A stretch of DNA of 43,689 nucleotides from Bdellovibrionota bacterium (GCA_963169515.1 CAUJEF010000039.1:1-43689), one strand, 5' to 3'. Shown: positions 17,547 through 27,127, numbered from the stretch's first letter. The notes: generated by a model from the letters alone, not told the origin. Program-made: numbers and translations.

Positions 17547-18638
17547 ATGGACACACGCTCGCCATCCATCAACGAATACGACAATGTTGTTAAATTTTTG
17601 GATCAAAACTTGCGCCCCAATGCTCAGTGGTCTATCAGCGCCGAATATCCAACCGCACTAGTCAAAGAAAATATTCACAATATCAGAATTATAAAAGATG
17701 GAGACAAAGTTTTGTCTCACGCCGTAATTCGCCCAATGATTTTGAAGACGCAAACGGCGATTTTCAAAGTTGCAACCATCGGCAGCGTGGTCACTGAAAC
17801 GTCTCATCGCAACCAGGGCTTGAGCAAAATGATTTTGAACGATTGCCTTCAACAAGCTTTGTCACTGAATTGTGATTTTGCAGTATTGTGGACGAATCTT
17901 TATGATTTTTATCGCCAGCTCAATTTTGAACTCTGCGGCTATGAAATCAGCATGATAATCGACAAGGATTTAGGCGCCGAACTAAATGGGCTTAAAGTTA
18001 TTAAGGGAACAAACGTAGACCCTAACGCTGTTTTGCGCTTGATGAACCAACACTTGGTAACATCAGTAAGGACGGCTGATGATATAAAAAAATATTTTTC
18101 TATTCCGAACGCGCGAATATATACCGCATGGAGCCCCCAAGGAAATCTCGAGGCCTACGCTGTCGAGGGCAAAGGTGCGGACCTTGATGGGTATATTCAC
18201 GAATGGGGCGGTGGGGTTTCGAAACTTCTGCCGCTCTTTAACTATATTTATCGTGATCAAAAACGTCCAATAAATGTAATTGCTCCTCCACATTCTGAAA
18301 ACCTAATTCGTTCAATGGTCCAACAGGGGGCCACAACGCACGAAGGTTACCTGGGAATGTTTCGTATACTAAATATCCAAAACTTTTTTTCTAAAATTCA
18401 TCGCCATGCCCGCCAGGACCTTGGCATCACAGATTTTGTGCTCGAAGAGTCAAACGGCCAGTATAAGATTGGAACTCAAAAAGAAATTTTAACCACTTCC
18501 AACCCCCTAGAAATGAATCAAATCATTTTTGGGCCAAAGGACGTAAGGGAAATACTCAGGTTTTCAAACGAAACCGCCGAGGTTTTAAATAGGATATTCC
18601 CATTACGTATTTGGTTTTGGGGTTGGGATTCGGTATGA
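17547..18638 (+). CDS. Eis-like GNAT acetyltransferase
   Basis: IGSVVTETSHRNQGLS acetyl-CoA motif and AVLW...FYRQLNF, followed by a second degenerate GNAT region and an SCP-like C-terminus. Confidence 0.75.
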   Translation: MDTRSPSINEYDNVVKFLDQNLRPNAQWSISAEYPTALVKENIHNIRIIKDGDKVLSHAVIRPMILKTQTAIFKVATIGSVVTETSHRNQGLSKMILNDCLQQALSLNCDFAVLWTNLYDFYRQLNFELCGYEISMIIDKDLGAELNGLKVIKGTNVDPNAVLRLMNQHLVTSVRTADDIKKYFSIPNARIYTAWSPQGNLEAYAVEGKGADLDGYIHEWGGGVSKLLPLFNYIYRDQKRPINVIAPPHSENLIRSMVQQGATTHEGYLGMFRILNIQNFFSKIHRHARQDLGITDFVLEESNGQYKIGTQKEILTTSNPLEMNQIIFGPKDVREILRFSNETAEVLNRIFPLRIWFWGWDSV

Positions 18639-19516
18639 CAAAAGTCCATGGTTGGATATTTGCCACTCTACACTTTCTGGGTAGTCTAGCACTTATCATT
18701 TTATTATCTCTATTAACGGGCTGTTTGCGGGACGCGTCGCTTGACACTGACAAAAAAGACGAAGTCTCTGCGGCAAAGATCGTCGATGAAATTTTGAGAC
18801 ACGCTCCAACGCCGGATACATTGAATGCCGGCGACAAGGCCTGGACCGCACACTATGCACGTACATTTACAAACCCATTTACAGTCATCGAACAAAACAC
18901 CTATGAAGTTACTAAAAAGCAATATGCTGAAGAAAATACCGATGACGGCCCCGTGAAATATAATTTGTATGATATTAAACACATCAATGCCGACCCCAAC
19001 GGAAACATTATTCAGATCCGCGAAGGACAATGTCGTTTGATTCTAGACCCACTTTTAGGGTGGTATCCAGAATGTGCAATTATGCTCCCTCCGTTTCAAG
19101 ACCAGTTCTATGTTCTCTCCGCTGGCGAACGGTCCTCGACAATGGGATTTATGAGCCCATTGTCCTACAGATCATCAAATGTTCAGCCTATGGCTACAAA
19201 ATTTTATAATTTAAAATCAAAATTCGGAAAGTTATCACTTCCACCCAAAATGATTAGTGCAGGAAAATGCTTCGATTTTTCCAACTGCGAAGTTCCGGGA
19301 CAAATAATTGAGTTTGATCTGCAAGGCGAAAACAACGCGGGCCTCTCAAGTCGCCAGCATTACACTCTGACTGTTTCTAATGGTCTGCCGTATATGGCAT
19401 CGAATTTGGAAACCTGCGTGAGCTACCAGACCCTTGTTGATGGCAACCCCGCTTTGGTGGATGAGTGCTTCCGAGTTCTAGATTTCGACGTTGCTCAAAA
19501 TCCAGGGGCTTTATAA
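18635..19516 (+). CDS. Hypothetical lipoprotein, Cys-containing
   Basis: ATGA overlap with the GNAT stop. Hydrophobic N-terminus ending in lipobox LLTGC, plus six further Cys. Confidence 0.65.
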   Translation: MTKVHGWIFATLHFLGSLALIILLSLLTGCLRDASLDTDKKDEVSAAKIVDEILRHAPTPDTLNAGDKAWTAHYARTFTNPFTVIEQNTYEVTKKQYAEENTDDGPVKYNLYDIKHINADPNGNIIQIREGQCRLILDPLLGWYPECAIMLPPFQDQFYVLSAGERSSTMGFMSPLSYRSSNVQPMATKFYNLKSKFGKLSLPPKMISAGKCFDFSNCEVPGQIIEFDLQGENNAGLSSRQHYTLTVSNGLPYMASNLETCVSYQTLVDGNPALVDECFRVLDFDVAQNPGAL

Positions 19517-20191
19517 ATCACTGAGTAAATTACGATAAACGTCGGATGCATGGATGAACTCTAATCCTATTTGCCTGCCTTCTTTTGATCCGTTCGTCAC
19601 CCAAACGATGCGCGCATTCACTTCATATTGTCGCGACATCTGATCCAGCTCAATATTGAGTTTAATAATTTTCCCTACCTCAACATTCAATTCGCCAAGC
19701 TCGATATTGGCGCCGCCCTTTGACAGGTTCAGCATTTTTGCAGGCATTGCCTTATCTTGACCATAAAGAGCCAGCGAGGCCGGCTGATTTGTGCGAAACC
19801 GACGATGCTGTTTTTGTTTTATATCTCTTCCGGTAATCATTTTTGAAACGATACCCATAAAGTCTTTTTCCTCAAATGGCTTTTCTAAGAGGATCAGTCG
19901 AGAAATCTTTTCTACTTTTGCAAAACATGTTTTTGAGAATGTTTTTCCTAAAATTAAAATTGGAAACCCATAGCCCAAGCGTTTTAAATTCGATGCCAGC
20001 TGAATTCTATCGTCCGTTACATGTTCTAGGTCCATTATCACTAAATGATAGGCCTGGTGAGAAAGCGACGTCACAGCCATATCGATCGATTCGACAAGCT
20101 TCACCGAGTACGTTCGATTGCGAACTAGTTTTTGTTTTAATTCGTGGATGCTTTCTGTGCGATTTCCGATTATGAGGATCTTTGAAATCAT
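19511..20191 (-). CDS. Atypical receiver domain plus PilZ domain protein
   Basis: Receiver pattern LVIMDLE...EKPF. PilZ motifs KQHRR, NLSKGG, ARIVW and GLEF. Confidence 0.82.
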   Translation of the reverse strand: MISKILIIGNRTESIHELKQKLVRNRTYSVKLVESIDMAVTSLSHQAYHLVIMDLEHVTDDRIQLASNLKRLGYGFPILILGKTFSKTCFAKVEKISRLILLEKPFEEKDFMGIVSKMITGRDIKQKQHRRFRTNQPASLALYGQDKAMPAKMLNLSKGGANIELGELNVEVGKIIKLNIELDQMSRQYEVNARIVWVTNGSKEGRQIGLEFIHASDVYRNLLSDL

Positions 20192-20233
20192 TCATTACCC
20201 CTTAGAATAAATAGTTCAGCAACTCTACCCATA

Positions 20234-20260
20234 CTATCGGCCAGATATCATAAATTATTA
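20234..20260 (-). promoter_or_regulatory. Putative sigma28 (FliA) promoter of the receiver-PilZ gene
   Basis: The minus strand reads TAAT-N15-GCCGATAG (consensus TAAA-N15-GCCGATAA), about 40 nt upstream of the start. Confidence 0.6.
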
Positions 20261-20383
20261 AAATTATTGCTATTTTTTTAAAATTTTAGTTTTTTTTGAC
20301 GAACTTTTGATCAAAAAAAGGGCTAACTCTCTAGAATGAATATGTATCAATTTGCAACGCTCTGCACATCAAAAAGGTACGGC

Positions 20384-21508
20384 CTACCTTTTCAGATTGC
20401 GGTTGCCGGTGTACTCGCCGCGCGGGCGATAAATGCGATTATTTGAATACTGTTCAAAAATATGCGCAAGCCACCCTGAAATTCTCGACACCGCAAAAAT
20501 CGGAGTGTACAGGTCGATCGGGATTCCCATGCTGTAGTAAACAGTCGCAGAATAAAAATCAACATTTGGCAAAAGCCCCTTTTCACTCTGTACGGTGTCA
20601 TCAATCAACTTCGACATTTCATACCAGTGCCCCTCGCCCATCTTTTTAGTCAGCTTCTCGCTCATCGTAGCCAGAATTTTGGCGCGCGGATCCCCGTTTT
20701 TATAAACGCGGTGACCGAATCCCATGATTTTTTCTTTGTTATCAAGCGCGTCCTTAATCCAAGACTTCGCTTTCTCAAGAGAGCCGATTTTTTTCAGCAT
20801 CAACATAACCTGTTCGTTTGCCCCACCATGCAGCGGCCCCTTTAACGCGCCAATGGCGCTGACCACCGAAGAGTAAATGTCACTCAACGACGATGACGTC
20901 ACGCGTGACGCAAAAGCCGAACAATTCAGCTCATGATCAGCATGTAAAACCAAGCATGTATCAAAAATTTTTACAAGATCTGTTTCTGGCTCTTTCCCCT
21001 TCAATGTGTACAAAAAATTCCAGGCAACAGACTTTTCTTTCACGGGTTCAATAATCTCTTTTCCCATTCGAATTCTTTCAAAAGCTGAAACCAATTGTCC
21101 CATTTTTGAAGTTAGACGAATCGCAACCGCCCTGCGACCTTCCGGCGTAGTTGCCTCCGCCTGACTATCATAAAGGCCCATCAACGAAACCGCCGTACGC
21201 AGCCACGCCATTGGATGAATATTTTTTGTAGGAATTGTTTTTAAAACCTTTACGAGCTCAGTTTCAAGTTTAATATTTGAAGCAATGTCTTTTCGAAGCT
21301 GCTCTAATTCATTCGGTTTTGGCAAACGATTATTCCATAGCAAGAATACCACTTCCTCAAAATTCGAGTGTTCCGCAAGGTCTTCAATTGTGTAACCAGC
21401 ATAGGTTAAAGTCGCATCGATAATAGATGAAATTTTAGTCGTACAGGCCACGACGCCCTCTAGCCCCTTATCAACTGCTCCGCTGTAAATTTCCGTTGCA
21501 CTTGCCAT
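20384..21508 (-). CDS. Citrate synthase, short type (2-methylcitrate synthase not excluded)
   Basis: KGLEGV, HADHELN, LHGGANE, GFGHRVY and PNVDFY motifs. Confidence 0.93.
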   Translation of the reverse strand: MASATEIYSGAVDKGLEGVVACTTKISSIIDATLTYAGYTIEDLAEHSNFEEVVFLLWNNRLPKPNELEQLRKDIASNIKLETELVKVLKTIPTKNIHPMAWLRTAVSLMGLYDSQAEATTPEGRRAVAIRLTSKMGQLVSAFERIRMGKEIIEPVKEKSVAWNFLYTLKGKEPETDLVKIFDTCLVLHADHELNCSAFASRVTSSSLSDIYSSVVSAIGALKGPLHGGANEQVMLMLKKIGSLEKAKSWIKDALDNKEKIMGFGHRVYKNGDPRAKILATMSEKLTKKMGEGHWYEMSKLIDDTVQSEKGLLPNVDFYSATVYYSMGIPIDLYTPIFAVSRISGWLAHIFEQYSNNRIYRPRGEYTGNRNLKR

Positions 21509-21551
21509 AAAAAATACCTTTCTCCTTGATCTCTTTTAACTATACAAGAAT

Positions 21552-22325
21552 TTACTTCTCCTGAGAAGCAACTCTCGCCAAGCGTCTCATCACAGTATCA
21601 AGAACTTGATCATTGTAGAGTAGCCCCATGTGACCAACATGCCTAAATTCAACATTTTCAAAAGACATCTTTGGCGCGCCCTGCGCGATACAATTTTTTC
21701 GCGGCCAAACAAGAATGTCATACGGCGTATACACGCTTGTAATCTTAGACCCACGAGGCAGAGCATGGCCCTGCAAAGATTTGACAAAATACGACCCGGC
21801 GCGCAAGTCAGAGTTGAGGCTTCCTCGAGACATTCCTCTTAAAAAAACACTCATCTCAGTGCCTTGGTGAGGAGTTCCTAGCGTAACAAGATTTCTAACC
21901 TTTCCTCGACCAACACCAATCGTCATGAAATACCGAGAAATAATCCCACCCATGGAATGAGCCACAATATCTATTTGTCCACTCTTCGTTTGTTCGAGAA
22001 TCAAATCAACTTTTTTAGCAAGAATTTCGACCATCTTAGTAAGGCTACCGTGACTGGTAGAATAGTTGATTGTATAGACATTTTGCCAACCCTCTTCATC
22101 CATTTTCTTTTTTAATTTATAAAATGCAGATGGGTTGTGAACAATTCCGTGTACAAGCAAGACTGGGCGTTGGTTATATGCCCGTCGCGGGTGTGGGTAG
22201 CCTTTTTCATTTCCAGAAAATAATCCCAGTGGGTAAAGATTCAAAGCCATAAAATTCGCGCCAAGTTCACGAATCGTAAGGCGAATAAGCTTTTTCCCGT
22301 GATCGATTCTTTTCCTTAAAGACAT
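21552..22325 (-). CDS. Lipase/esterase (alpha/beta hydrolase)
   Basis: LLVHG, AHSMGG, LGTPHQG and GHMGL motifs. Confidence 0.85.
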   Translation of the reverse strand: MSLRKRIDHGKKLIRLTIRELGANFMALNLYPLGLFSGNEKGYPHPRRAYNQRPVLLVHGIVHNPSAFYKLKKKMDEEGWQNVYTINYSTSHGSLTKMVEILAKKVDLILEQTKSGQIDIVAHSMGGIISRYFMTIGVGRGKVRNLVTLGTPHQGTEMSVFLRGMSRGSLNSDLRAGSYFVKSLQGHALPRGSKITSVYTPYDILVWPRKNCIAQGAPKMSFENVEFRHVGHMGLLYNDQVLDTVMRRLARVASQEK

Positions 22326-22352
22326 CAATTCAAATTTTAGGCGGGGATTTTA

Positions 22353-23243
22353 TTACTTGGCAAGCTTTAGAACGCGATCTTTGACCTCTGCCACTATTAC
22401 CGTAGCGTCCTTTTTAAGCTCTTTTGACGCACGAAACTCCTGCAATTGGTATAAAACTTCATTGCGAATTTCATGCGGCGACGTCTGCGCTTTGTCATAT
22501 ATAATATTTTCTAATCGCTTTGTGCCAAACGCCTCATTCGCTGGGCTTTGAGTCTGAATTACGCCTTCAGATACAACCACCAAACAGTCGCGTGGATTTA
22601 AAGACTCCGTCTCTATCTTGAATGTGGGGTCCATATTTTTTTTTAAGGGGTCTGAGGGGCGGGCTAACTGAACGACCTCTTTTTCAGAAAATTTATACAA
22701 AAATGCAAGGTTCGAACCTTTGTTGCAAAACTGAAGCTCAAAATTCCTGCGATCAAGGATCGAATAAAAAATGTTTGCATATTCTTTTTCTTTTATTTGC
22801 GATTCAATTTCTTTAAAAATCATCTTTACGACTTTGTCTGGGGGAGTGCCTCTGCGGGCCTCAATTTGTCCTGTCAGTTTTAATAAAATCGACAAAAACA
22901 AGGCGGAAATTCCGTGCCCTGACGAGCTAGCCATTAAAATTCCAAAGCGAAAACGATCTTCGAGCTCAAAAATATCAAAATAGTCACCACCGGAATGAAT
23001 GCTCGGAACAAATTTCGTGCTGAACTCAAAACCTGGAATGTTTGGAATTTCTGTTGGCAACAAGGTTGCTTGAATTTTTTGAGCAACTTTAATTTGGTCG
23101 TGAATTTTCGATACCAGAACTTCGATATTTTTATTCAACTTAGCAACGTCTTTCTTAAAGTTTTCAAGCTCTGATTCTTTTGCCAACAGTTTTGTCGTCA
23201 AATCTTTGATTTGATCTTTTGATTTTTTCGTATCTTTCGCCAT
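22353..23243 (-). CDS. Coiled-coil plus PP2C/SpoIIE (RsbU-like) domain protein, probably catalytically degenerate
   Basis: AQKIQATLLP, GGDYFD and SGHG are present, but the conserved aspartates are substituted (ASSSGHG, VSEG, KKDAT). Confidence 0.82.
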   Translation of the reverse strand: MAKDTKKSKDQIKDLTTKLLAKESELENFKKDVAKLNKNIEVLVSKIHDQIKVAQKIQATLLPTEIPNIPGFEFSTKFVPSIHSGGDYFDIFELEDRFRFGILMASSSGHGISALFLSILLKLTGQIEARRGTPPDKVVKMIFKEIESQIKEKEYANIFYSILDRRNFELQFCNKGSNLAFLYKFSEKEVVQLARPSDPLKKNMDPTFKIETESLNPRDCLVVVSEGVIQTQSPANEAFGTKRLENIIYDKAQTSPHEIRNEVLYQLQEFRASKELKKDATVIVAEVKDRVLKLAK

Positions 23244-23263
23244 CGAATGAATCCTTACCTGAT

Positions 23264-24700
23264 TTAGTTCTTAATGTCATCCCACTTTAACCATTCGACT
23301 ATGGGGAGCGCGGCGTTCATTTTGTATAATGTTGCTGGCTTAATATTGCTCCAGCCGAAAAGCCTTGCTTTTAAGTCCGGCGAAACCTCTGGCCCCTTAA
23401 CACCTAAAATCTTGCGTGTGTCCAGCTTCCAGATTTCTTTAGCGATGCGTATGGATGGGATATGAAACACCATAAAATTGCTCTTGTTGCTTTCAGAAAA
23501 AGCTTCAACCCCATAAATCAAGAAATCCACGAGCTTAATCTGCGATAACGAATCGCAATCCTGCACATAAAGCACCCGCTGAGATTTCACGTTTTGGGCT
23601 AAAACATTATCCAGCCGGGGAGCCTCGCACGAAACAATGGCTTGCTGATTTACCTCCGGCTGGGCATATCCAACCCGGACCCGTGTCAATCCCGGCAAGA
23701 CATAAAAGCTGTCGTGATTGCGAATAAGAATATTCGTATCTGGAAATTCAAGGGCCGCATTTATTAAGTCATCGTACTGGAAAATATTAAATTGTTTTTT
23801 CGTCGATACAACATAAAAATCGATTGCAGTCGAACGTGCCCGAATACCTATTTTACCAGAAACCACCTTATAGGCGTTTGCTAAGCTTGTTAAATCAGTG
23901 ACAAATGGAATTTGAAAAGCATCTGACAATACTGATAAATTATATGAAAAGTCTTTCGAATACTGTAGCTTCTCAAAGCCGCTCAGTTTTAAATAACCGT
24001 TCCAAAAATCTTTAACCAATAGCGGCCGTAAGCTCCACGACGATACCTCTTCCAAGCTTCGAATCTGCCCCCGAAGAGTATGTGAGGCCAGGTGCAGGTC
24101 TTCACAGAACATTTGGCGCTCGATCGGACGCCAACTGGAGCGGCACAAGCTTTCTTCAGTCATTACATCATCAAGCCAGCGGCTTCTGCCCATTTCAAAA
24201 TCTGGCTTTGCCCAAATCATGAGTACATAGATATCCGTCAACGTATCAAAAAGGACTTTGTTTTGCCTGACGGCTGGCTTTAAAAAGTCTTGTAACCAAG
24301 CTTGAACCAACGCTCGTCTAAATCCAAACGCCGTTTCAAAAAAATCAATTCCCAGGTCAAGCTGCAAACCACGCCACTCAAATTTCTGCGGCTTGGATAG
24401 TAAGATCTTAATGTTTCTTCTTGGTGAGTACGATGGATCTACTTGTTGCTTAAAAATTTCAAACTGAGTGATCTCGCTCTGAATTTTAAAATAGCTCGAT
24501 TTGGTGGCCAGGGGCAAATCAGACTCTGTTGCCGAATTTTGGTAACCACACGACCACAAAGAATACAGCCCTGCACTTGATTCCAGGTCTATCTTCTTTA
24601 CTACACTTGAATTTAAGCAGACTGGGTCCTGGAAAGACCATACAATCAGCCCCAGAGTCACAAATATTGCCAATAATGTCGAGTACTTAAACAGGCTCAT
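23264..24700 (-). CDS. Hypothetical membrane-anchored protein
   Basis: Long ORF. ATG at 24700 gives an N-terminal TM/signal (MSLFKYSTLLAIFVTLGLIVWSF) and avoids overlap with the divergent gene. Confidence 0.65.
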   Translation of the reverse strand: MSLFKYSTLLAIFVTLGLIVWSFQDPVCLNSSVVKKIDLESSAGLYSLWSCGYQNSATESDLPLATKSSYFKIQSEITQFEIFKQQVDPSYSPRRNIKILLSKPQKFEWRGLQLDLGIDFFETAFGFRRALVQAWLQDFLKPAVRQNKVLFDTLTDIYVLMIWAKPDFEMGRSRWLDDVMTEESLCRSSWRPIERQMFCEDLHLASHTLRGQIRSLEEVSSWSLRPLLVKDFWNGYLKLSGFEKLQYSKDFSYNLSVLSDAFQIPFVTDLTSLANAYKVVSGKIGIRARSTAIDFYVVSTKKQFNIFQYDDLINAALEFPDTNILIRNHDSFYVLPGLTRVRVGYAQPEVNQQAIVSCEAPRLDNVLAQNVKSQRVLYVQDCDSLSQIKLVDFLIYGVEAFSESNKSNFMVFHIPSIRIAKEIWKLDTRKILGVKGPEVSPDLKARLFGWSNIKPATLYKMNAALPIVEWLKWDDIKN

Positions 24701-24760
24701 ACGCTTATAATATAAAGCAATTATTGGGCCCGATTTGAAAGTTTCCTCGGCCATTGGCCA

Positions 24761-24789
24761 TTGAATAAGCCCCTCCGTTAAACGATAAT
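24761..24789 (+). promoter_or_regulatory. Putative sigma70 promoter
   Basis: TTGAAT-N17-GATAAT, then GGAGG (24803-24807) and the TTG start at 24813. Confidence 0.5.
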
Positions 24790-24812
24790 ATAAGTGAGCG
24801 GCGGAGGCAGCC

Positions 24813-26201
24813 TTGGCTACCCAACACATAAAGTCTCTTCATGATAAAGCACGGTTCATAAATATGAACTCCCCTGCTTACGGCTCCTTTGCAGAAATCG
24901 GCGCAGGACAAGAGACCGCACGAAATTTTTTTATCGTAGGGGGCGCCTCGAAAACGATTGCAAAAACCATGTCCGCCTATGACATGGTATTCAGTGATGC
25001 AATCTATGGCTCTGAAAAAAACGGCCGCTACGTATGCGAAAGTCGCTTGCTGAAAATGCTTGAACATGAATATAACCTTGTCGTCGATCGACTGCGGGAC
25101 AAGCGTGACAATCAATTCTTTGCCTTTGCAAATACCGTCGCCGCGCGATCTTCGCGGGGAATTGAGCACGGCCACGGCTGGTTGGGCATTCGCTATCAAC
25201 CTTCTGCACACGCAGCCCCTCACGATATTGTCTTACATGTAAAAATGCTTGATCCTCGGAACGTACTACAACAGGAAGCCCTTGGTATTGTCGGAGTAAA
25301 TTTGATTTATGGGGCCTATGTTTTAAAAGATAATCCTGAAAAGCTGATTGAATCGCTCTTTGATGGGTTTGATGAAAAACGCATAGAAATCGACATGATT
25401 CGATTCACAGGCCCTGAATTTAGTAAATACGAAAACCACATATTAAATCTTCATCTGGTACAAAAAGAAATGACAGATGCAGTGATGTTTGATGCCAATG
25501 GAGAAATTATTCAGCCATTGGATTTATTATTTAAAAAAGAAGTCGCCTTGCTCCGTGGGCGCTTCCGACCATTCACAAAAGTTCACTTGGATATTTTAGA
25601 AAGTGGAATAAAATCTTTTGTTGCCGAAGGTGTCGAGAAAAATTCTATTGTGCCAGTTTGCGAGCTCACAATGAAAAGCCTAATGGTGGCAGAAAAACTG
25701 GATATCTCAGACTTTCTTCATCGCGTAGAAACCCTAACTGCCAATAAAATTCCGGTGATGGTTTCCAATTTTTCTGAATACTACAAATCACGTATGTTTT
25801 TTGAGGATCTAACCAAGTGTAAATTTCGGCTGCTTATGGGCACCGCGCACATGAAGGATATATTTAACGAATCCATCTATAAAGATTTGCATGGGGGATT
25901 GTACGAAGCCCTGGGTGACCTGTTCCGCGGCGATTCCAAAATCTATTGCTACCCCATGAAAGAACGGGAAACCGTGTTAACAACCAAAACATTCCAGCCG
26001 CCGACACATCTAAAAAATATTTTTAACCACTTTGTAGAGTCCGGAAAGATCGATGACATTGAGGATTTTAATAAAGAATATTTAACTATTGTAACTGAAA
26101 AGATAGTGGAAAAAGTAAAAAGTCACAGTAAAGATTGGGAAGAACAAGTTCCCATAGAAACCGTACGCATTATTAAAAACAAAAAATTATTTGGATATTA
26201 G
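24813..26201 (+). CDS. Conserved cytoplasmic protein with a CinA/PncC-like N-domain and a nucleotidyltransferase (NadD-like) C-domain
   Basis: AEIGAGQE...GGASKTIAKTMSAY...GRYV resembles the CinA C-domain pattern. LLRGRFRPFTKVHLD resembles the GxFxPx(H/T)xxH motif. No signal peptide. Confidence 0.6.
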   Translation: MATQHIKSLHDKARFINMNSPAYGSFAEIGAGQETARNFFIVGGASKTIAKTMSAYDMVFSDAIYGSEKNGRYVCESRLLKMLEHEYNLVVDRLRDKRDNQFFAFANTVAARSSRGIEHGHGWLGIRYQPSAHAAPHDIVLHVKMLDPRNVLQQEALGIVGVNLIYGAYVLKDNPEKLIESLFDGFDEKRIEIDMIRFTGPEFSKYENHILNLHLVQKEMTDAVMFDANGEIIQPLDLLFKKEVALLRGRFRPFTKVHLDILESGIKSFVAEGVEKNSIVPVCELTMKSLMVAEKLDISDFLHRVETLTANKIPVMVSNFSEYYKSRMFFEDLTKCKFRLLMGTAHMKDIFNESIYKDLHGGLYEALGDLFRGDSKIYCYPMKERETVLTTKTFQPPTHLKNIFNHFVESGKIDDIEDFNKEYLTIVTEKIVEKVKSHSKDWEEQVPIETVRIIKNKKLFGY

Positions 26202-26212
26202 AATAAAAATTT

Positions 26213-27127
26213 TCAAATCTTTGGGAACCCTGCTTTTGAAAATTTTGCTGGTAGTTGCTTTTCCATCTTTAGGCCGATCCAATGATTGGTCATCTGAAGC
26301 TTGCCCAAGTCAACCCCTGTTTTGTAACCCATACCATGAAGCATATAAACCACATCTTCTGTAGACACGTTCCCTTGTGCGCCAGGCGCATAAGGACAGC
26401 CCCCCAACCCGCCCAGGCTTGAGTCAAAGGTTACAATCCCTAGCTTCAAACTTTCTAAAACATTGGCAATCGCCGTTCCGCGGGTATCATGAAAATGCAT
26501 CGCTATCGCCTTTGTGGGCAAAACTTTCTTCAACCCTTTAATGACAGTTGAGACCTCGTTCGGTGTGGCCGCTCCGATTGTATCTCCGATAGAAAGCTCG
26601 TAAACTCCAAGTTTTTTCATGCGAGCGGCAAGCTTGAAAACGACGCTTGGATCAGTTTTTCCCTCGTACGGGCAATAAAAACAAGTCGACAGGTAGCCTC
26701 GAACCTTGATTTTATTTTTTTTTGCCAATTTCATAACTGGAGCAAATCGCTCAAAGCTTTCATCAATCGAACAGTTGATATTCTTTTGGGAAAAAGTCTC
26801 TGTTGAAGAAGCAAAAATAGCCACCTCTTTAATTCTGGTCTTTATGGCCTCTAGCATCCCGCGTTCATTGGGAACCAACGCGCGGAACCGCACCCCATTA
26901 TATTTTCCCGATCTTTGTTCCTCCATTATGTGTGTAATCAGTTCTGCTGATTGAGCCATCTGAGGTATTTTTTCAGGCGAAACAAAAGAGCCTATCTCTA
27001 CATTTTTTATACCTCCGTCCACAAGTTGCCGTATAAGCTCGTATCGAACGTGGTTGTCGATTATTTTGGCTTCATTTTGAAGCCCATCTCGCGGCCCCAT
27101 TTCTACAATCTTGATCATCTTAGGCAT
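26213..27127 (-). CDS. liuE: Hydroxymethylglutaryl-CoA lyase
   Basis: GPRDGLQNE, HFHDT and GGCPYAPGA.GN motifs; located in the liu cluster. Confidence 0.93.
   Translation of the reverse strand: MPKMIKIVEMGPRDGLQNEAKIIDNHVRYELIRQLVDGGIKNVEIGSFVSPEKIPQMAQSAELITHIMEEQRSGKYNGVRFRALVPNERGMLEAIKTRIKEVAIFASSTETFSQKNINCSIDESFERFAPVMKLAKKNKIKVRGYLSTCFYCPYEGKTDPSVVFKLAARMKKLGVYELSIGDTIGAATPNEVSTVIKGLKKVLPTKAIAMHFHDTRGTAIANVLESLKLGIVTFDSSLGGLGGCPYAPGAQGNVSTEDVVYMLHGMGYKTGVDLGKLQMTNHWIGLKMEKQLPAKFSKAGFPKI

Noticed and set aside
24705..25242. ORFs 24705-25223 (-), 24991-25209 (-), 25060-25242 (+) and the 24829 start of the 23264 gene
   Set aside because: They overlap a well-supported gene that has its own promoter and RBS. 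The ATG at 24700 gives a cleaner N-terminus for the 23264 gene.
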